Assembly (NCBI GenBank): GCA_964575865.1
Contig: CAZNSZ010000003.1
Coordinates: 27,266 to 91,265 of the forward strand
Direction: 5' to 3'
Source of the DNA: an uncultured Bacteroides sp.
GTDB lineage: Bacteria > Bacteroidota > Bacteroidia > Bacteroidales > GCA-2748055
Length of the DNA stretch: 64,000 nucleotides
A program made the position numbers and the translations under genes. Shown here one piece after another: positions 29,500 through 38,449 of the stretch. Within the stretch, counting starts at the first letter, position 1, and every line of letters begins with the position of its first letter. A model generated the notes under the pieces. That model ran no database searches, was not told the DNA's origin, and saw only the letters and a program-made list of their open reading frames with translations.

Positions 29500-29692
29500 C
29501 ACTTTTTTTGGGGATAAAACTAGGTGAAATGCGGAAACGCCTGCAGGAAAGACGAGGTATAGCAGAATTATTCTAAATAAGCAATCGGGATAGGTGACAG
29601 GGTACCAGGGGATTCACCCGATCAGGTCCGGATCTATTTAGACAAAAATACCCACTTTTAGGGATGTCGCCGGAGGACATTCACACTGCGGG

Positions 29693-30190
29693 TCAGGGGG
29701 CCGCAGGTGGCGGGACCGGATATTTGGCAAAAATGCTGGCTGCGACCAGGGGCAGCTCACCGGCCCGTTTCTCCGAATCATAGACCAGCTCATCCACTGC
29801 AGTTGAGTGCCAGACATGACGCTGGGTCTGGTTGTCGTACATATCGACCGTTACCGCCCTTTCCATATACACGTGCCGGTTGGAATACCAGTAATACCGG
29901 TCCATGGCCTGCCGGTGGTAAACCGTGACCCTCACGGAGACATCGCCGCCATTCTCCACGAACGCCAGTCCCCTGCTCTCCAGCTCCCTGGCCATGGCCA
30001 CCCGGATCCTTTCCAGTTCCATGCCGGGAATGGTCTTCTTGTTTCCTTCGGTGAAATCCAAAAAGCTGTATGTCCGGTACTGGTCAAACCGCCCTTCAGG
30101 ATCCCTGTCGCTGTAAACGCGCATGGATGAGCCGCATCCGTTCAGTGCCAGAAGGGCGGCCAGACCAAGCATAAAAGTGAACTGTTTCAT
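29693..30190 (-). CDS. DUF4136-like lipoprotein
   Basis: Lipobox LALNGC. Start set at MKQFTFMLG. Confidence 0.5.
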   Translation of the reverse strand: MKQFTFMLGLAALLALNGCGSSMRVYSDRDPEGRFDQYRTYSFLDFTEGNKKTIPGMELERIRVAMARELESRGLAFVENGGDVSVRVTVYHRQAMDRYYWYSNRHVYMERAVTVDMYDNQTQRHVWHSTAVDELVYDSEKRAGELPLVAASIFAKYPVPPPAAP

Positions 30191-30284
30191 GGGTTTTCTG
30201 ATTTTTCGCAGAGGGTTAGATCCCCCTTGCGAAAAACGCAAAATCCATGCCAGGAACAGCAGCCTGTTCGCCGGCCCCGTGGCA

Positions 30285-31226
30285 TCAGATGGTGAATGGA
30301 GTTCCGGTCAGTTCCTCTGAGATTTCCCAGAGCCGGCGGGCATCCTCATCGCTCATTCGCTTCGGGTTTGGCCGGTCCGGTGCGGGCCATCCCCTCATGC
30401 CGAACATGCCGCCCGGACCGAAGTAGGCTCCCTGTTCCACACCTGGGGCGGTGGCCGCATACAATACCGGGAGGGCTCCCATGGAGGCCGGCTGTGCCAC
30501 CAGGCTGTTGGCCAGGTTAAAAAGCCGGGCCTTCAGGGCTGATCCCTCCATAAGGGCCCCTTTGGCCTGTAATTCTGTTCCTGCATATCCCGGGTGGGCA
30601 GCAGCGGCGGTCACCGGCATTCCCGCCCCGGTGATCCTCAGGGACAGTTCCCTGGTGAACAGCAGGTTGGCCAGCTTGCTCATGCCGTACGCCCCCCACT
30701 TGCTGTAGGACTTTTCCCAGTGGATATCCCCGAACCTGATCCTGCCGAAATGGTGGGCAGCACTGCTCACATTGATGATCCGCGATCCGTCCGTACCCTT
30801 CAACAGCGGCCACAACCGCGCTGTAAGGGCAAAATGGCCCAGGTGGTTCACCCCGAACTGCATCTCGAATCCCTGCCTGGTCCGGTTCAGGGGAATGGCC
30901 ATCAAACCTGCGTTGTTGATCAGCAGGTCGATCCGGGTTTCTCCGCTCATGGCGTCTGCAAAGGCTTCCACCGAACCGAGGTCGGCCAGGTCGAGGTGAC
31001 GAACCTCCGCATCGGCTCCGGGCGCCTCTTTCAGGAGGGCGGTCCGCGCACGTTCCCCTTTGTCCGTATTCCGGCATGCCATGAGGACCCTGGCCCCTTT
31101 CTTAGCCAGCTCCATCGAGATGTGGTATCCCAGTCCGCTGTTGGCGCCGGTCACCACCACCGTCCTTCCCTGCTGTGAGGGAATATCAGAAGTGTTCCAC
31201 TGATTTGCTCTTCCCATCTGATCCAA
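30285..31226 (-). CDS. short-chain dehydrogenase/reductase (SDR)
   Basis: TGANSGLGY cofactor motif and YGMSKLAN (YxxxK) active site. Confidence 0.8.
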   Translation of the reverse strand: MDQMGRANQWNTSDIPSQQGRTVVVTGANSGLGYHISMELAKKGARVLMACRNTDKGERARTALLKEAPGADAEVRHLDLADLGSVEAFADAMSGETRIDLLINNAGLMAIPLNRTRQGFEMQFGVNHLGHFALTARLWPLLKGTDGSRIINVSSAAHHFGRIRFGDIHWEKSYSKWGAYGMSKLANLLFTRELSLRITGAGMPVTAAAAHPGYAGTELQAKGALMEGSALKARLFNLANSLVAQPASMGALPVLYAATAPGVEQGAYFGPGGMFGMRGWPAPDRPNPKRMSDEDARRLWEISEELTGTPFTI

Positions 31227-31318
31227 ATGTTAAAAGTGATACAACAAGATAGGGTAAACCGATGTTCATGCATCCTTATGGTAAAGACCAAATAATTTTC
31301 ACCAAAAACCGAAGAGGG

Positions 31319-32611
31319 ATGAAAACACAACACACAAAAAGAGGGTTCTGGCTGATGGCACTGGCCATGGTCCTTTCCATGGGGGTACGCGCACAGTCAG
31401 CTGCCGAGGACCTTGTATTCGATACACTCAATTACAGGGCTTTCTCGGGACAGGTCATTGACGCAGACAACAACCGCACACTTCCTTTTGCCACCGTTGA
31501 GGCCGTCGGAAGCAATGCGGCCACGGTGACAAACATCGACGGGGAATTCATCATCAAGCTTCCCATTGAAACCAGCGTATCCTCACTGAAAATCTCCTAT
31601 ATCGGGTACAGCAACAAAATCGTCGCACTGGGTGAATTCAGGGAAGGACGCACACTGACCGTCCTGCTGGAACCAAGTTCGATCCGGCTGCAGGAAATCA
31701 CCATCCGGCCCGAAGATGCCCTGAACCTGATCATGGACGCCCTTTCATACATCAAGGACAATTACAGTGAGGAGCCCATGATGATGAGGGGATTTTACCG
31801 GGAAACCATCGAACGGGGAAGGAATTACGTTTCCATTTCTGAAGCGGTGGTGGACATATTCAAGGGCAGCTATACCAATGTGTTCCAGACCGACCAGGTC
31901 AAGCTCTTCAAAGGCAGGAAAAGTGCGGATGTGGAGCGGATGGATACCGTGCTCTTCAAGCTGCAGGGAGGGCCCAATACCGCGGTGCTGCTCGATGTGG
32001 TGAAAAATCCCTATATCCTGCTGTCCGAGCAGTACAACGATATCTACGAATTCAGGCTCACCGATGTGGTCACCATCGATGAAAGGCTCCACTACGTGGT
32101 CTCCTTCCAGCAGAAGTCCCATGTGGATGATCCCTACTACCTGGGCAAGCTCTACGTGGACATGGAGAAACTGGCCATCACCGAAGCCGAATTCGAGCTT
32201 AACACGGAAAATGAAGAAGAGGCTGCCCGGCTGTTTATTCAGCGCAAGCCCATGAGCATGAGCATCATTCCCGAAAGGGCCGTATACCGGGCCAAGTACA
32301 CCATCGACGAAAACCGCTGGTATTTCACCTACGCCCGGGCTGAAGTGAGGTTCAAGGTGGACTGGAATAAGAAACTGTTCAATACCACATTCACCACCAT
32401 GTCAGAACTGGCCATAACCGACCGGACCTATGAAGGCATTGAAAAATTTGCTGCCAAGGACCGCTTCCGGCCCACGGATGTGATGGATGAGAAGGTCTAT
32501 ATCTTCTTCGATGAGGACTTCTGGGAAGGGTACAATGTGATCGAACCCGACCAGTCCATTGAGAGTGCCATCCGGCGGCTGAACAGGCAATACCTGCGAC
32601 GCAACGGGTGA
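31319..32611 (+). CDS. CarboxypepD_reg-like domain protein (paralog of 34255..35820, without STN domain)
   Basis: Signal peptide, then GQVIDADNNRTLPFATVEAVGSNAATVTNIDGEFIIKLP (carboxypeptidase-regulatory-like fold). The rest of the protein is collinear with the 34255 gene. Confidence 0.6.
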   Translation: MKTQHTKRGFWLMALAMVLSMGVRAQSAAEDLVFDTLNYRAFSGQVIDADNNRTLPFATVEAVGSNAATVTNIDGEFIIKLPIETSVSSLKISYIGYSNKIVALGEFREGRTLTVLLEPSSIRLQEITIRPEDALNLIMDALSYIKDNYSEEPMMMRGFYRETIERGRNYVSISEAVVDIFKGSYTNVFQTDQVKLFKGRKSADVERMDTVLFKLQGGPNTAVLLDVVKNPYILLSEQYNDIYEFRLTDVVTIDERLHYVVSFQQKSHVDDPYYLGKLYVDMEKLAITEAEFELNTENEEEAARLFIQRKPMSMSIIPERAVYRAKYTIDENRWYFTYARAEVRFKVDWNKKLFNTTFTTMSELAITDRTYEGIEKFAAKDRFRPTDVMDEKVYIFFDEDFWEGYNVIEPDQSIESAIRRLNRQYLRRNG

Positions 32612-32718
32612 ACCGGCGGAACCATCTTTGAGCAGCAACAGGGCGCTGTCTGGCTGAATTGTGTAACTTTACTGTCCCGGTACGAATCATTGCCAGACAG
32701 CGCTTCCTAAATCCGAAC

Positions 32719-33267
32719 ATGGTCCTGAAAGATCAACAGCAGCTCAGAAAGATACGCAGGGGTGACATCGCCTCATTTGAAATGCTTTTTCACCGGTACC
32801 ACCCGGGTATGTGCCGTTATGCCGAAAGCCTGGTGCGCCACCCCGGGGTGGCCGAAGAACTGGTACAGGATGTGTTCTACAACCTCTGGAAAAACCGGGA
32901 GACCCTCAGGATCAATAAAAGCTGGCAGGGATACCTGTACCGGTCGGTTTACAACAACGCCATGATGTACCTTCGAAAAGCACACCGGGAAAGGCCAATG
33001 GATGAGCAGCTTGGCAGGCTGGCGGAGGTTCCGGGACCTGATCCCTCGGATCAGATGGAATTTGACGAGGTTACCGACATGGTATGGAAAACCCTGGAAG
33101 AACTGCCGGAAAGGACCCGTGAAATATTCAGGCTGAACCGCCAGGAGGGAATGAAATACCGTGAGATCGCCGTCACGCTTTCCATTTCGGTGAAAACTGT
33201 GGAGGCGCACATGGGCAAAGCCCTCAGGGCCCTGAGAACAACATTGCAGAAATATGAACAAGAATAG
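32719..33267 (+). CDS. ECF sigma factor (FecI-like)
   Basis: Region 2 ELVQDVFYNLWKNRE and region 4 MKYREIAVTLSISVKTVEAHMGKA. Start moved to ATG 32719. Confidence 0.8.
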   Translation: MVLKDQQQLRKIRRGDIASFEMLFHRYHPGMCRYAESLVRHPGVAEELVQDVFYNLWKNRETLRINKSWQGYLYRSVYNNAMMYLRKAHRERPMDEQLGRLAEVPGPDPSDQMEFDEVTDMVWKTLEELPERTREIFRLNRQEGMKYREIAVTLSISVKTVEAHMGKALRALRTTLQKYEQE

Positions 33268-34246
33268 AGATATGGCGCTGGCCCGGTATCTGGCCGGTGA
33301 AATGAGTACCAGGGAGGAACTGGCTTTCAGGAAAAAACTGGAAGCCGATCCCGGTCAGAAAAAAGCACTGAATATGATGGAAAAGACCTGGAGCCGGTTC
33401 GACAGCGGCGAATCCTTCGAACCGGGGGATTCGTCGAAAGCCTGGGAGAAGCTGCACCAAAGGCTGAAAGACGATGGTCTGCTGGACCATCCCCCCTTCG
33501 AGGAGCGATCCGCCTGGCGGCCCTACGCCCTTCGGATCGCCGCAGTGATCGTCCTGATCCTGGCAGTGGGCATCCCCGCTGTCTATTTCGGGCTCCTGCA
33601 TGACCCCAGGGGGAACACTGAACAGCGCCACACTGCACAGCAGGGGATCAACGCAGTGGATCTGCCCGACGGCAGCAGGGTATTCCTGAACCAGGGAGCT
33701 TCCCTGACCTATCCCGCACGTTTCGACCGGGAGCGGAGTGTGAGGCTCAGCGGCGAAGCGTTTTTCGAAGTCATGTCCGATCCCCAGAATCCCTTCACCG
33801 TGCATTCTGGAAAAGTCAGGGTCACGGTCCTGGGAACCGCTTTCAACATCAAACCGTCGGCACAGGATGAAGAGATGGAGGTTTATGTGGAATCCGGAAG
33901 GGTGCGGATGTCCCTGGAGGAGTCCGGCCGTTCTATTACCCTCGGTCCGGGCCAGCTGGGAGCCTCCAGCCGGCAGGAACTGACGTCGGGCTCCCTAAAG
34001 GATCCCAATTATCTTTCCTGGAAGACAAAAGAGTTTAAATTTGTGGAAGCAGATTTGCTGGAAGTCCTCCGCGAACTGGCAGATTCGTACCATGTGCGGA
34101 TCCATACCGGGGACCTGGCACCGAACCAGATGAAGATCACCACTTCATACAGTGAACAGTCCATCGACGCCATACTGGAGACCATCGGTGCTGCCTTCGG
34201 GGTCACCGTAACCCACGGGGAGGACGGCTACCATCTGTCCAATTGA
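33254..34246 (+). CDS. FecR-family anti-sigma factor
   Basis: N-terminal anti-sigma segment, one TM helix (AAVIVLILAVGIPAVYF), a FecR-like periplasmic domain, and a C-terminal segment of the type that pairs with STN domains. Overlaps the sigma gene by 14 nt. Confidence 0.8.
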   Translation: MNKNRDMALARYLAGEMSTREELAFRKKLEADPGQKKALNMMEKTWSRFDSGESFEPGDSSKAWEKLHQRLKDDGLLDHPPFEERSAWRPYALRIAAVIVLILAVGIPAVYFGLLHDPRGNTEQRHTAQQGINAVDLPDGSRVFLNQGASLTYPARFDRERSVRLSGEAFFEVMSDPQNPFTVHSGKVRVTVLGTAFNIKPSAQDEEMEVYVESGRVRMSLEESGRSITLGPGQLGASSRQELTSGSLKDPNYLSWKTKEFKFVEADLLEVLRELADSYHVRIHTGDLAPNQMKITTSYSEQSIDAILETIGAAFGVTVTHGEDGYHLSN

Positions 34247-34254
34247 GAACGCAT

Positions 34255-35820
34255 ATGGATGAAACAATCAGGAGGTACTGGCACAGAACAATCCGTCTGG
34301 CCGTATCCCTTTTTGTCCTCATCCAGGGGTATCCCGCGCTGCTGCGTGCCCAGGACAGCATCCCCCCGGCGGAGGTCAGCGTGGTGCTGGAAGAGGGAAC
34401 CCTCAACGAAGTGCTGGACAGGATCACGCTGCAGACCGGTTACCGGTTCACCTACGATGCGGATCTGGTAGACGGTGCCAGACGGATCTCATTCAGGGCG
34501 GAAAACCTGCCCCTCCGGCAGACCCTCGATTCCCTGCTGCAGGATCCGGGGCTTGCCTACCGGCTCATCGACAGGAACATTGTGCTTTACCGGAAGAATC
34601 AGGCTCCGCCGGCTCCCCTGCTGGAGGAGATCGACCGTTCGATCCTGCAGGGAAAGGTCATTGACCGGAGGACCGGGGATCCCCTGGCCTATGCGACCAT
34701 CGCGCTTTATGGCACCAGCCTGGGATCGATCACCAACCAGGAAGGCGAGTTTTCCTTTAAAATACCCCGTTCCCAGTCCGATCCCATCCTGGTTGCCTCC
34801 TACATGGGTTACCACAGGGAGATCGTTCCGGTGGTCTTTCCCGCCGGGGAGAAACTTGTGATATCCCTGGAAAGGGAAACCATTCCCCTGCAGGAGGTCA
34901 TCATCCGGTTTTCAGATCCCGGCCTGCTTCTGAGTGAGGCCATGCAAAGGATCCCCGGGAATTACCTGACCGAGCATGCCACCATGAGTGCCTTTTACCG
35001 GGAGTCTGTGCGCAGGAGCCAGCATGTGCTGGTCTACTCGGAAGCAGTGCTGGATGTGGCCAAAGCCCCTTACGATTCGGAACTTCAGACGGATGCGGTC
35101 AGGATCGAGAAGGGAAGAAAAATTACTGATGTGACGTCACAGGATACGGTGATGGTGAAGCTTCGTTCCGGTATCAGCACGTCACTGAACCTGGATGTGA
35201 TCAAAAACCGTCCCGATTTCCTCCTCCCCGACTTCGCCGAACGGTACGAACTGGAATTTTCAGACCTGGTGGTCCACGGGGACAGGCTGGTGTATGTGAT
35301 CAGTTTTAAACAGCGAAGCGGGATCCAGGAGCCCTTGTTCCAGGGACAGCTCTTCCTGGATCAGGAAAACCTGGCCCTGCTGGCTGCCGATTTTGAATTC
35401 AACCCCGCGCTGATCCACAAAGCCCCGGGACTGTTCCTGGTGAGCCGGTCACCCGCCATCCGGATCAGGCCCCTTCAGGCCAGATACCACGTTGAATACA
35501 GGCAGCATGAGGGGAAATACCATGTGAGCCAGGTGAGGGCGGAACTGGAGATCCGGGTCAGGAAAAGGAGGAGATGGATCGGCGACAGGTACGCCATTTC
35601 CATCGAGATGGCCATTACGGACATTCTCCCGGGACAACGGCTCCGCATCGATCCTTCCGAAAGGGTCAGGCCAGGTGTGGTGCTGTCCGACGAGCGATTT
35701 GAATTCGACCCGCTCTACTGGGGCATCTACAACACCATCGAGCCCGAATCCTCGCTGATGGAATCCATCGAAAAACTTGAAGAAAGCCGAAACGCCTTAC
35801 CCCCAAACAACAACCCATGA
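34255..35820 (+). CDS. STN + CarboxypepD_reg-like domain protein lacking a TonB-dependent plug/barrel
   Basis: After the signal peptide, VVLEEGTLNEVLDRITLQTGYRFTYDADL...NLPLRQTLDSLLQDPGLAYRLIDRNIVLY has the STN/secretin-TonB N-terminal pattern. This is followed by GKVIDRRTGDPLAYATIALYGTSLGSITNQEGEFSFKIP. At 521 aa total it is too short for a TBDT barrel. Confidence 0.6.
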   Translation: MDETIRRYWHRTIRLAVSLFVLIQGYPALLRAQDSIPPAEVSVVLEEGTLNEVLDRITLQTGYRFTYDADLVDGARRISFRAENLPLRQTLDSLLQDPGLAYRLIDRNIVLYRKNQAPPAPLLEEIDRSILQGKVIDRRTGDPLAYATIALYGTSLGSITNQEGEFSFKIPRSQSDPILVASYMGYHREIVPVVFPAGEKLVISLERETIPLQEVIIRFSDPGLLLSEAMQRIPGNYLTEHATMSAFYRESVRRSQHVLVYSEAVLDVAKAPYDSELQTDAVRIEKGRKITDVTSQDTVMVKLRSGISTSLNLDVIKNRPDFLLPDFAERYELEFSDLVVHGDRLVYVISFKQRSGIQEPLFQGQLFLDQENLALLAADFEFNPALIHKAPGLFLVSRSPAIRIRPLQARYHVEYRQHEGKYHVSQVRAELEIRVRKRRRWIGDRYAISIEMAITDILPGQRLRIDPSERVRPGVVLSDERFEFDPLYWGIYNTIEPESSLMESIEKLEESRNALPPNNNP

Positions 35821-36173
35821 AATCAGTCATCAGATTGTTTGTTATCCTGATCACCATCACGGTGATCGTGGTTGCGTGGATCACCCACCGGCTGCAGGAT
35901 CCCACCGTTCAGGCCCTCATCGCCATCCTGGTCGCACTGAGCCTGGCGGTGTTCTTTATGATGAATATGCTGGAGCAAAGGGAAGAGCGGAAACGGAGGC
36001 AGGAACGGGAATCCCAGGTCCGGCCCAGACCCGGCCCCGGTTCCTCCAAACGAAAACCCTCCGATGTCTCATACGCCATGAAGGAGAAAAAGTCGGGACT
36101 TTCGTGGGGAGGCGGGAACATCAAGGGCAGCGAGGCCACCCGTGGAACCAAAAGAAAATTCCTGGGCAGGTAG
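35817..36173 (+). CDS. small membrane protein, unknown function
   Basis: Two predicted TM helices followed by a basic tail. Its ATG overlaps the upstream stop (ATGA). Confidence 0.4.
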   Translation: MKSVIRLFVILITITVIVVAWITHRLQDPTVQALIAILVALSLAVFFMMNMLEQREERKRRQERESQVRPRPGPGSSKRKPSDVSYAMKEKKSGLSWGGGNIKGSEATRGTKRKFLGR

Positions 36174-36234
36174 GAGGCATGTGTCCGCTACCAGTTGAAT
36201 TTTCCCCGCCGTTGATGTATATTCGGACTTATCA

Positions 36235-36657
36235 ATGAAGCTCAACATGGAGATCCCCGGGAACGTGCTCGATGAAATGGTGCAGCGCAAGCTGGAGGGG
36301 GAAAGCTACAGCCAGATCCGGAAAGAGCTCTCTGATTCCGGTCTCCGGGGCGATGAGCTTCGGAGCGCTATGAGGAAGATCGATGAAAAGGTCCTGGAGG
36401 AGGAACTGAACAGGAAAGCAGGGGACAGGACCAAACAATGGTACCGGGCAGGCATGTTCCTGGCACTGGTGGGGTTGCTCCTCACCCTGGGTGCCAGCCG
36501 GGGGATCATCCTGAACAACATCCCCCGGTGGATCCTGTATACCCCTTTCTTCGGAGGGATCGCCCTGATGCTCTACAGCCGCTTCGCCGGCAAAAGAAGT
36601 GATTCCGGCCGGAATGAAGGTCCGGGGCCCATCCGCCGTAAAAGACCCTTCAAATAG
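36235..36657 (+). CDS. membrane protein, unknown function
   Basis: Soluble charged N-terminal half followed by two TM helices. Confidence 0.4.
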   Translation: MKLNMEIPGNVLDEMVQRKLEGESYSQIRKELSDSGLRGDELRSAMRKIDEKVLEEELNRKAGDRTKQWYRAGMFLALVGLLLTLGASRGIILNNIPRWILYTPFFGGIALMLYSRFAGKRSDSGRNEGPGPIRRKRPFK

Positions 36658-36710
36658 TCCTGGCCTCTGGGTATTTGCCGCAATCTTCCTACCTTCGTAA
36701 AAAATTTGGA

Positions 36711-37358
36711 ATGGTCGAGGAGATTGTGAGGAAACGGTTCCCGTTCTTTGAGTCGGGACTCAGGTCCGCCATCAGTGAGAACGGGATATTCAGGGAATTC
36801 GGGCAGGATCAGGAGCTGATCCGGGAGGATCAGTACATCCGCTCCTTCCCCATTGTGATTTCCGGCCTGATCAAAGTATGCCGCACGGACGATGCCGGAA
36901 ACGAGCTGCTGCTCTACTACCTGAGACCCGGAGAGGTGTGCACGGTCTCCCTGATCTGCTGCATGGACCGGACAAGGAGCCGGGTAAAGGCCATTACCGA
37001 GACGGAAACCGCAGTGATCCTGATCCCGGTGGAATTGCTGGACAGCTGGATCGGCGAGTTCCAGACATGGAAGGAATATGTGATGCGGTCCATGCAGATG
37101 CGTTTTGATGAGCTGCTGAATACCATCGACGGGATCGCTTTCATGAAGATGGACGAACGGCTGGAGAAGTTTTTCCTGGACCGGTATCAGAGCTCCGGGT
37201 CCACCGTATTCGAAGGATCGCACCAGGAGGTGGCCCTCGCCATGAACAGCTCCAGGGAAGTTATTTCCAGGCTGTTAAAGCAAATGGAAAAGCGGGGGAT
37301 GATCACCCTGTCCCGCGGACGCATCGACTATTCCGCCATATGTGACAAAAGTTACTGA
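36711..37358 (+). CDS. Crp/Fnr-family transcriptional regulator
   Basis: cNMP-binding-like beta-roll region plus C-terminal HTH (SHQEVALAMNSSREVISRLLKQMEK). Start moved to ATG 36711. Confidence 0.75.
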   Translation: MVEEIVRKRFPFFESGLRSAISENGIFREFGQDQELIREDQYIRSFPIVISGLIKVCRTDDAGNELLLYYLRPGEVCTVSLICCMDRTRSRVKAITETETAVILIPVELLDSWIGEFQTWKEYVMRSMQMRFDELLNTIDGIAFMKMDERLEKFFLDRYQSSGSTVFEGSHQEVALAMNSSREVISRLLKQMEKRGMITLSRGRIDYSAICDKSY

Positions 37359-37379
37359 ACCACATGAGCCCCTTTTTAT

Positions 37380-37387
37380 ATTTTTGT
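37380..37387 (+). promoter_or_regulatory. candidate -7 promoter box (TATTTTTG)
   Basis: Matches TAnnTTTG, 23 nt upstream of the ATG at 37411. Confidence 0.3.
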
Positions 37388-37410
37388 GCGGAAATATTTA
37401 GAAACGCACC

Positions 37411-37992
37411 ATGAAAACAAATGCAATCCATTCATACGGAGAACTTGAAGCCGGCATGAAACCCCTCGAGCGGGCGTTTCTCCTGCTTTATAAGGGCGGA
37501 GCAGAGCAGAGTGACTGCGCGCTCAGAAGGATCTCCGGGCTCAACGAGGGTGAAGAATCAATGCTGTTCACCGCTGATGTGAACCGGGTCAGGGACATCC
37601 ATGAACGGTTGAACGTGAACACAGCGCCCAGCCTGGTTGTATTTCAGAAAGGCAGGGTGGTGAACATCTACAAAGGATGCCAGACCGAAGCCGCCTATGA
37701 ATCGATCATCAGCGGCCGCGAAATGGGAAGCATCAGGCAGGAAGAGGGAAAAAAGGCAAAGAACGTCACCGTGTACACCACACCCACCTGTTCGTGGTGC
37801 ACCACCCTCAAGACTTACCTCGACTCGCACCAGGTGCGGTACAGGGAGATCAATGTGGCCTCCGACAGTGCTGCCGCGGAAGCAATGGTCCGCAGGAGCG
37901 GCCAGCAGGGCGTCCCGCAGACGGAGATCAACGGACAGATGATTGTGGGCTTCGATAAAGCCAGGATCAATCAGCTGCTTGAAATAGAATGA
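37411..37992 (+). CDS. thioredoxin-like domain fused to glutaredoxin-like domain
   Basis: The C-terminal ~80 aa (VTVYTTPTCSWCTTLKTYLD...GVPQTEINGQMIVGFD) are glutaredoxin/YruB-like with a CxxC motif. The N-terminal half is thioredoxin-fold-like and has no CxxC. Confidence 0.65.
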   Translation: MKTNAIHSYGELEAGMKPLERAFLLLYKGGAEQSDCALRRISGLNEGEESMLFTADVNRVRDIHERLNVNTAPSLVVFQKGRVVNIYKGCQTEAAYESIISGREMGSIRQEEGKKAKNVTVYTTPTCSWCTTLKTYLDSHQVRYREINVASDSAAAEAMVRRSGQQGVPQTEINGQMIVGFDKARINQLLEIE

Positions 37993-38028
37993 GTTCGACT
38001 CAGTTTGCAAACCTAAAAACCAAATGAA

Positions 38029-38310
38029 ATGAAAGAGTTACAGCCAATCAATCAACACGTGCTTCTGGAAATGGGAGCCAAGGAAGAGAAGACCGCTTCG
38101 GGTATCATTATACCCGATACCGTCAAGGAGAAACCACAGTATGCCAAAGTCGTCGCTATGAGCGGGATCGAGGATCCCGAGATTGAGGTGGGAGATGTGG
38201 TGTTCTACAAGAATTTTTCAGGCACAGAACTGGAATTCGATGGCAAAGAGTACCTGATGATCCCCTATGCGGACATTCTCGGACGAATTGTTGAAACAGA
38301 CAAAATCTGA
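38029..38310 (+). CDS. groES: co-chaperonin GroES (stand-alone copy)
   Basis: 93 aa. Segments EEKTASGIIIPDTVKEKPQYAKVVA and GDVVFYKNFSGTELEFDGKEYLMI match the GroES mobile loop and core. Confidence 0.8.
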   Translation: MKELQPINQHVLLEMGAKEEKTASGIIIPDTVKEKPQYAKVVAMSGIEDPEIEVGDVVFYKNFSGTELEFDGKEYLMIPYADILGRIVETDKI

Positions 38311-38371
38311 TGTTTGTTGCCTGACCGGCTGTAGGCGATTTCAACATTATCAAAATCTTTAGGTTTCTGCC

Positions 38372-38412
38372 AGGAGGGCTGTTACTCGACATGACAGCCC
38401 TCCTATTTTTTT
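38372..38412 (+). terminator. rho-independent terminator after groES
   Basis: AGGAGGGCTGT (38372-82) pairs perfectly with ACAGCCCTCCT (38394-404) around an 11-nt loop, followed by A+T7. Confidence 0.75.
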
Positions 38413-38449
38413 ACTACTTTTGGGCCTTTATCAACCAATCTGAACGACC

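Noticed and set aside
29584-29625. The GGGUGAAUCCCC segment in the porin leader resembles conserved cores of FMN and cobalamin riboswitches.
   Set aside because: The leader is too short (~140 nt) and lacks the other conserved blocks, such as the B12 box or the multi-helix RFN junction. I kept it only as a generic structured-leader observation.
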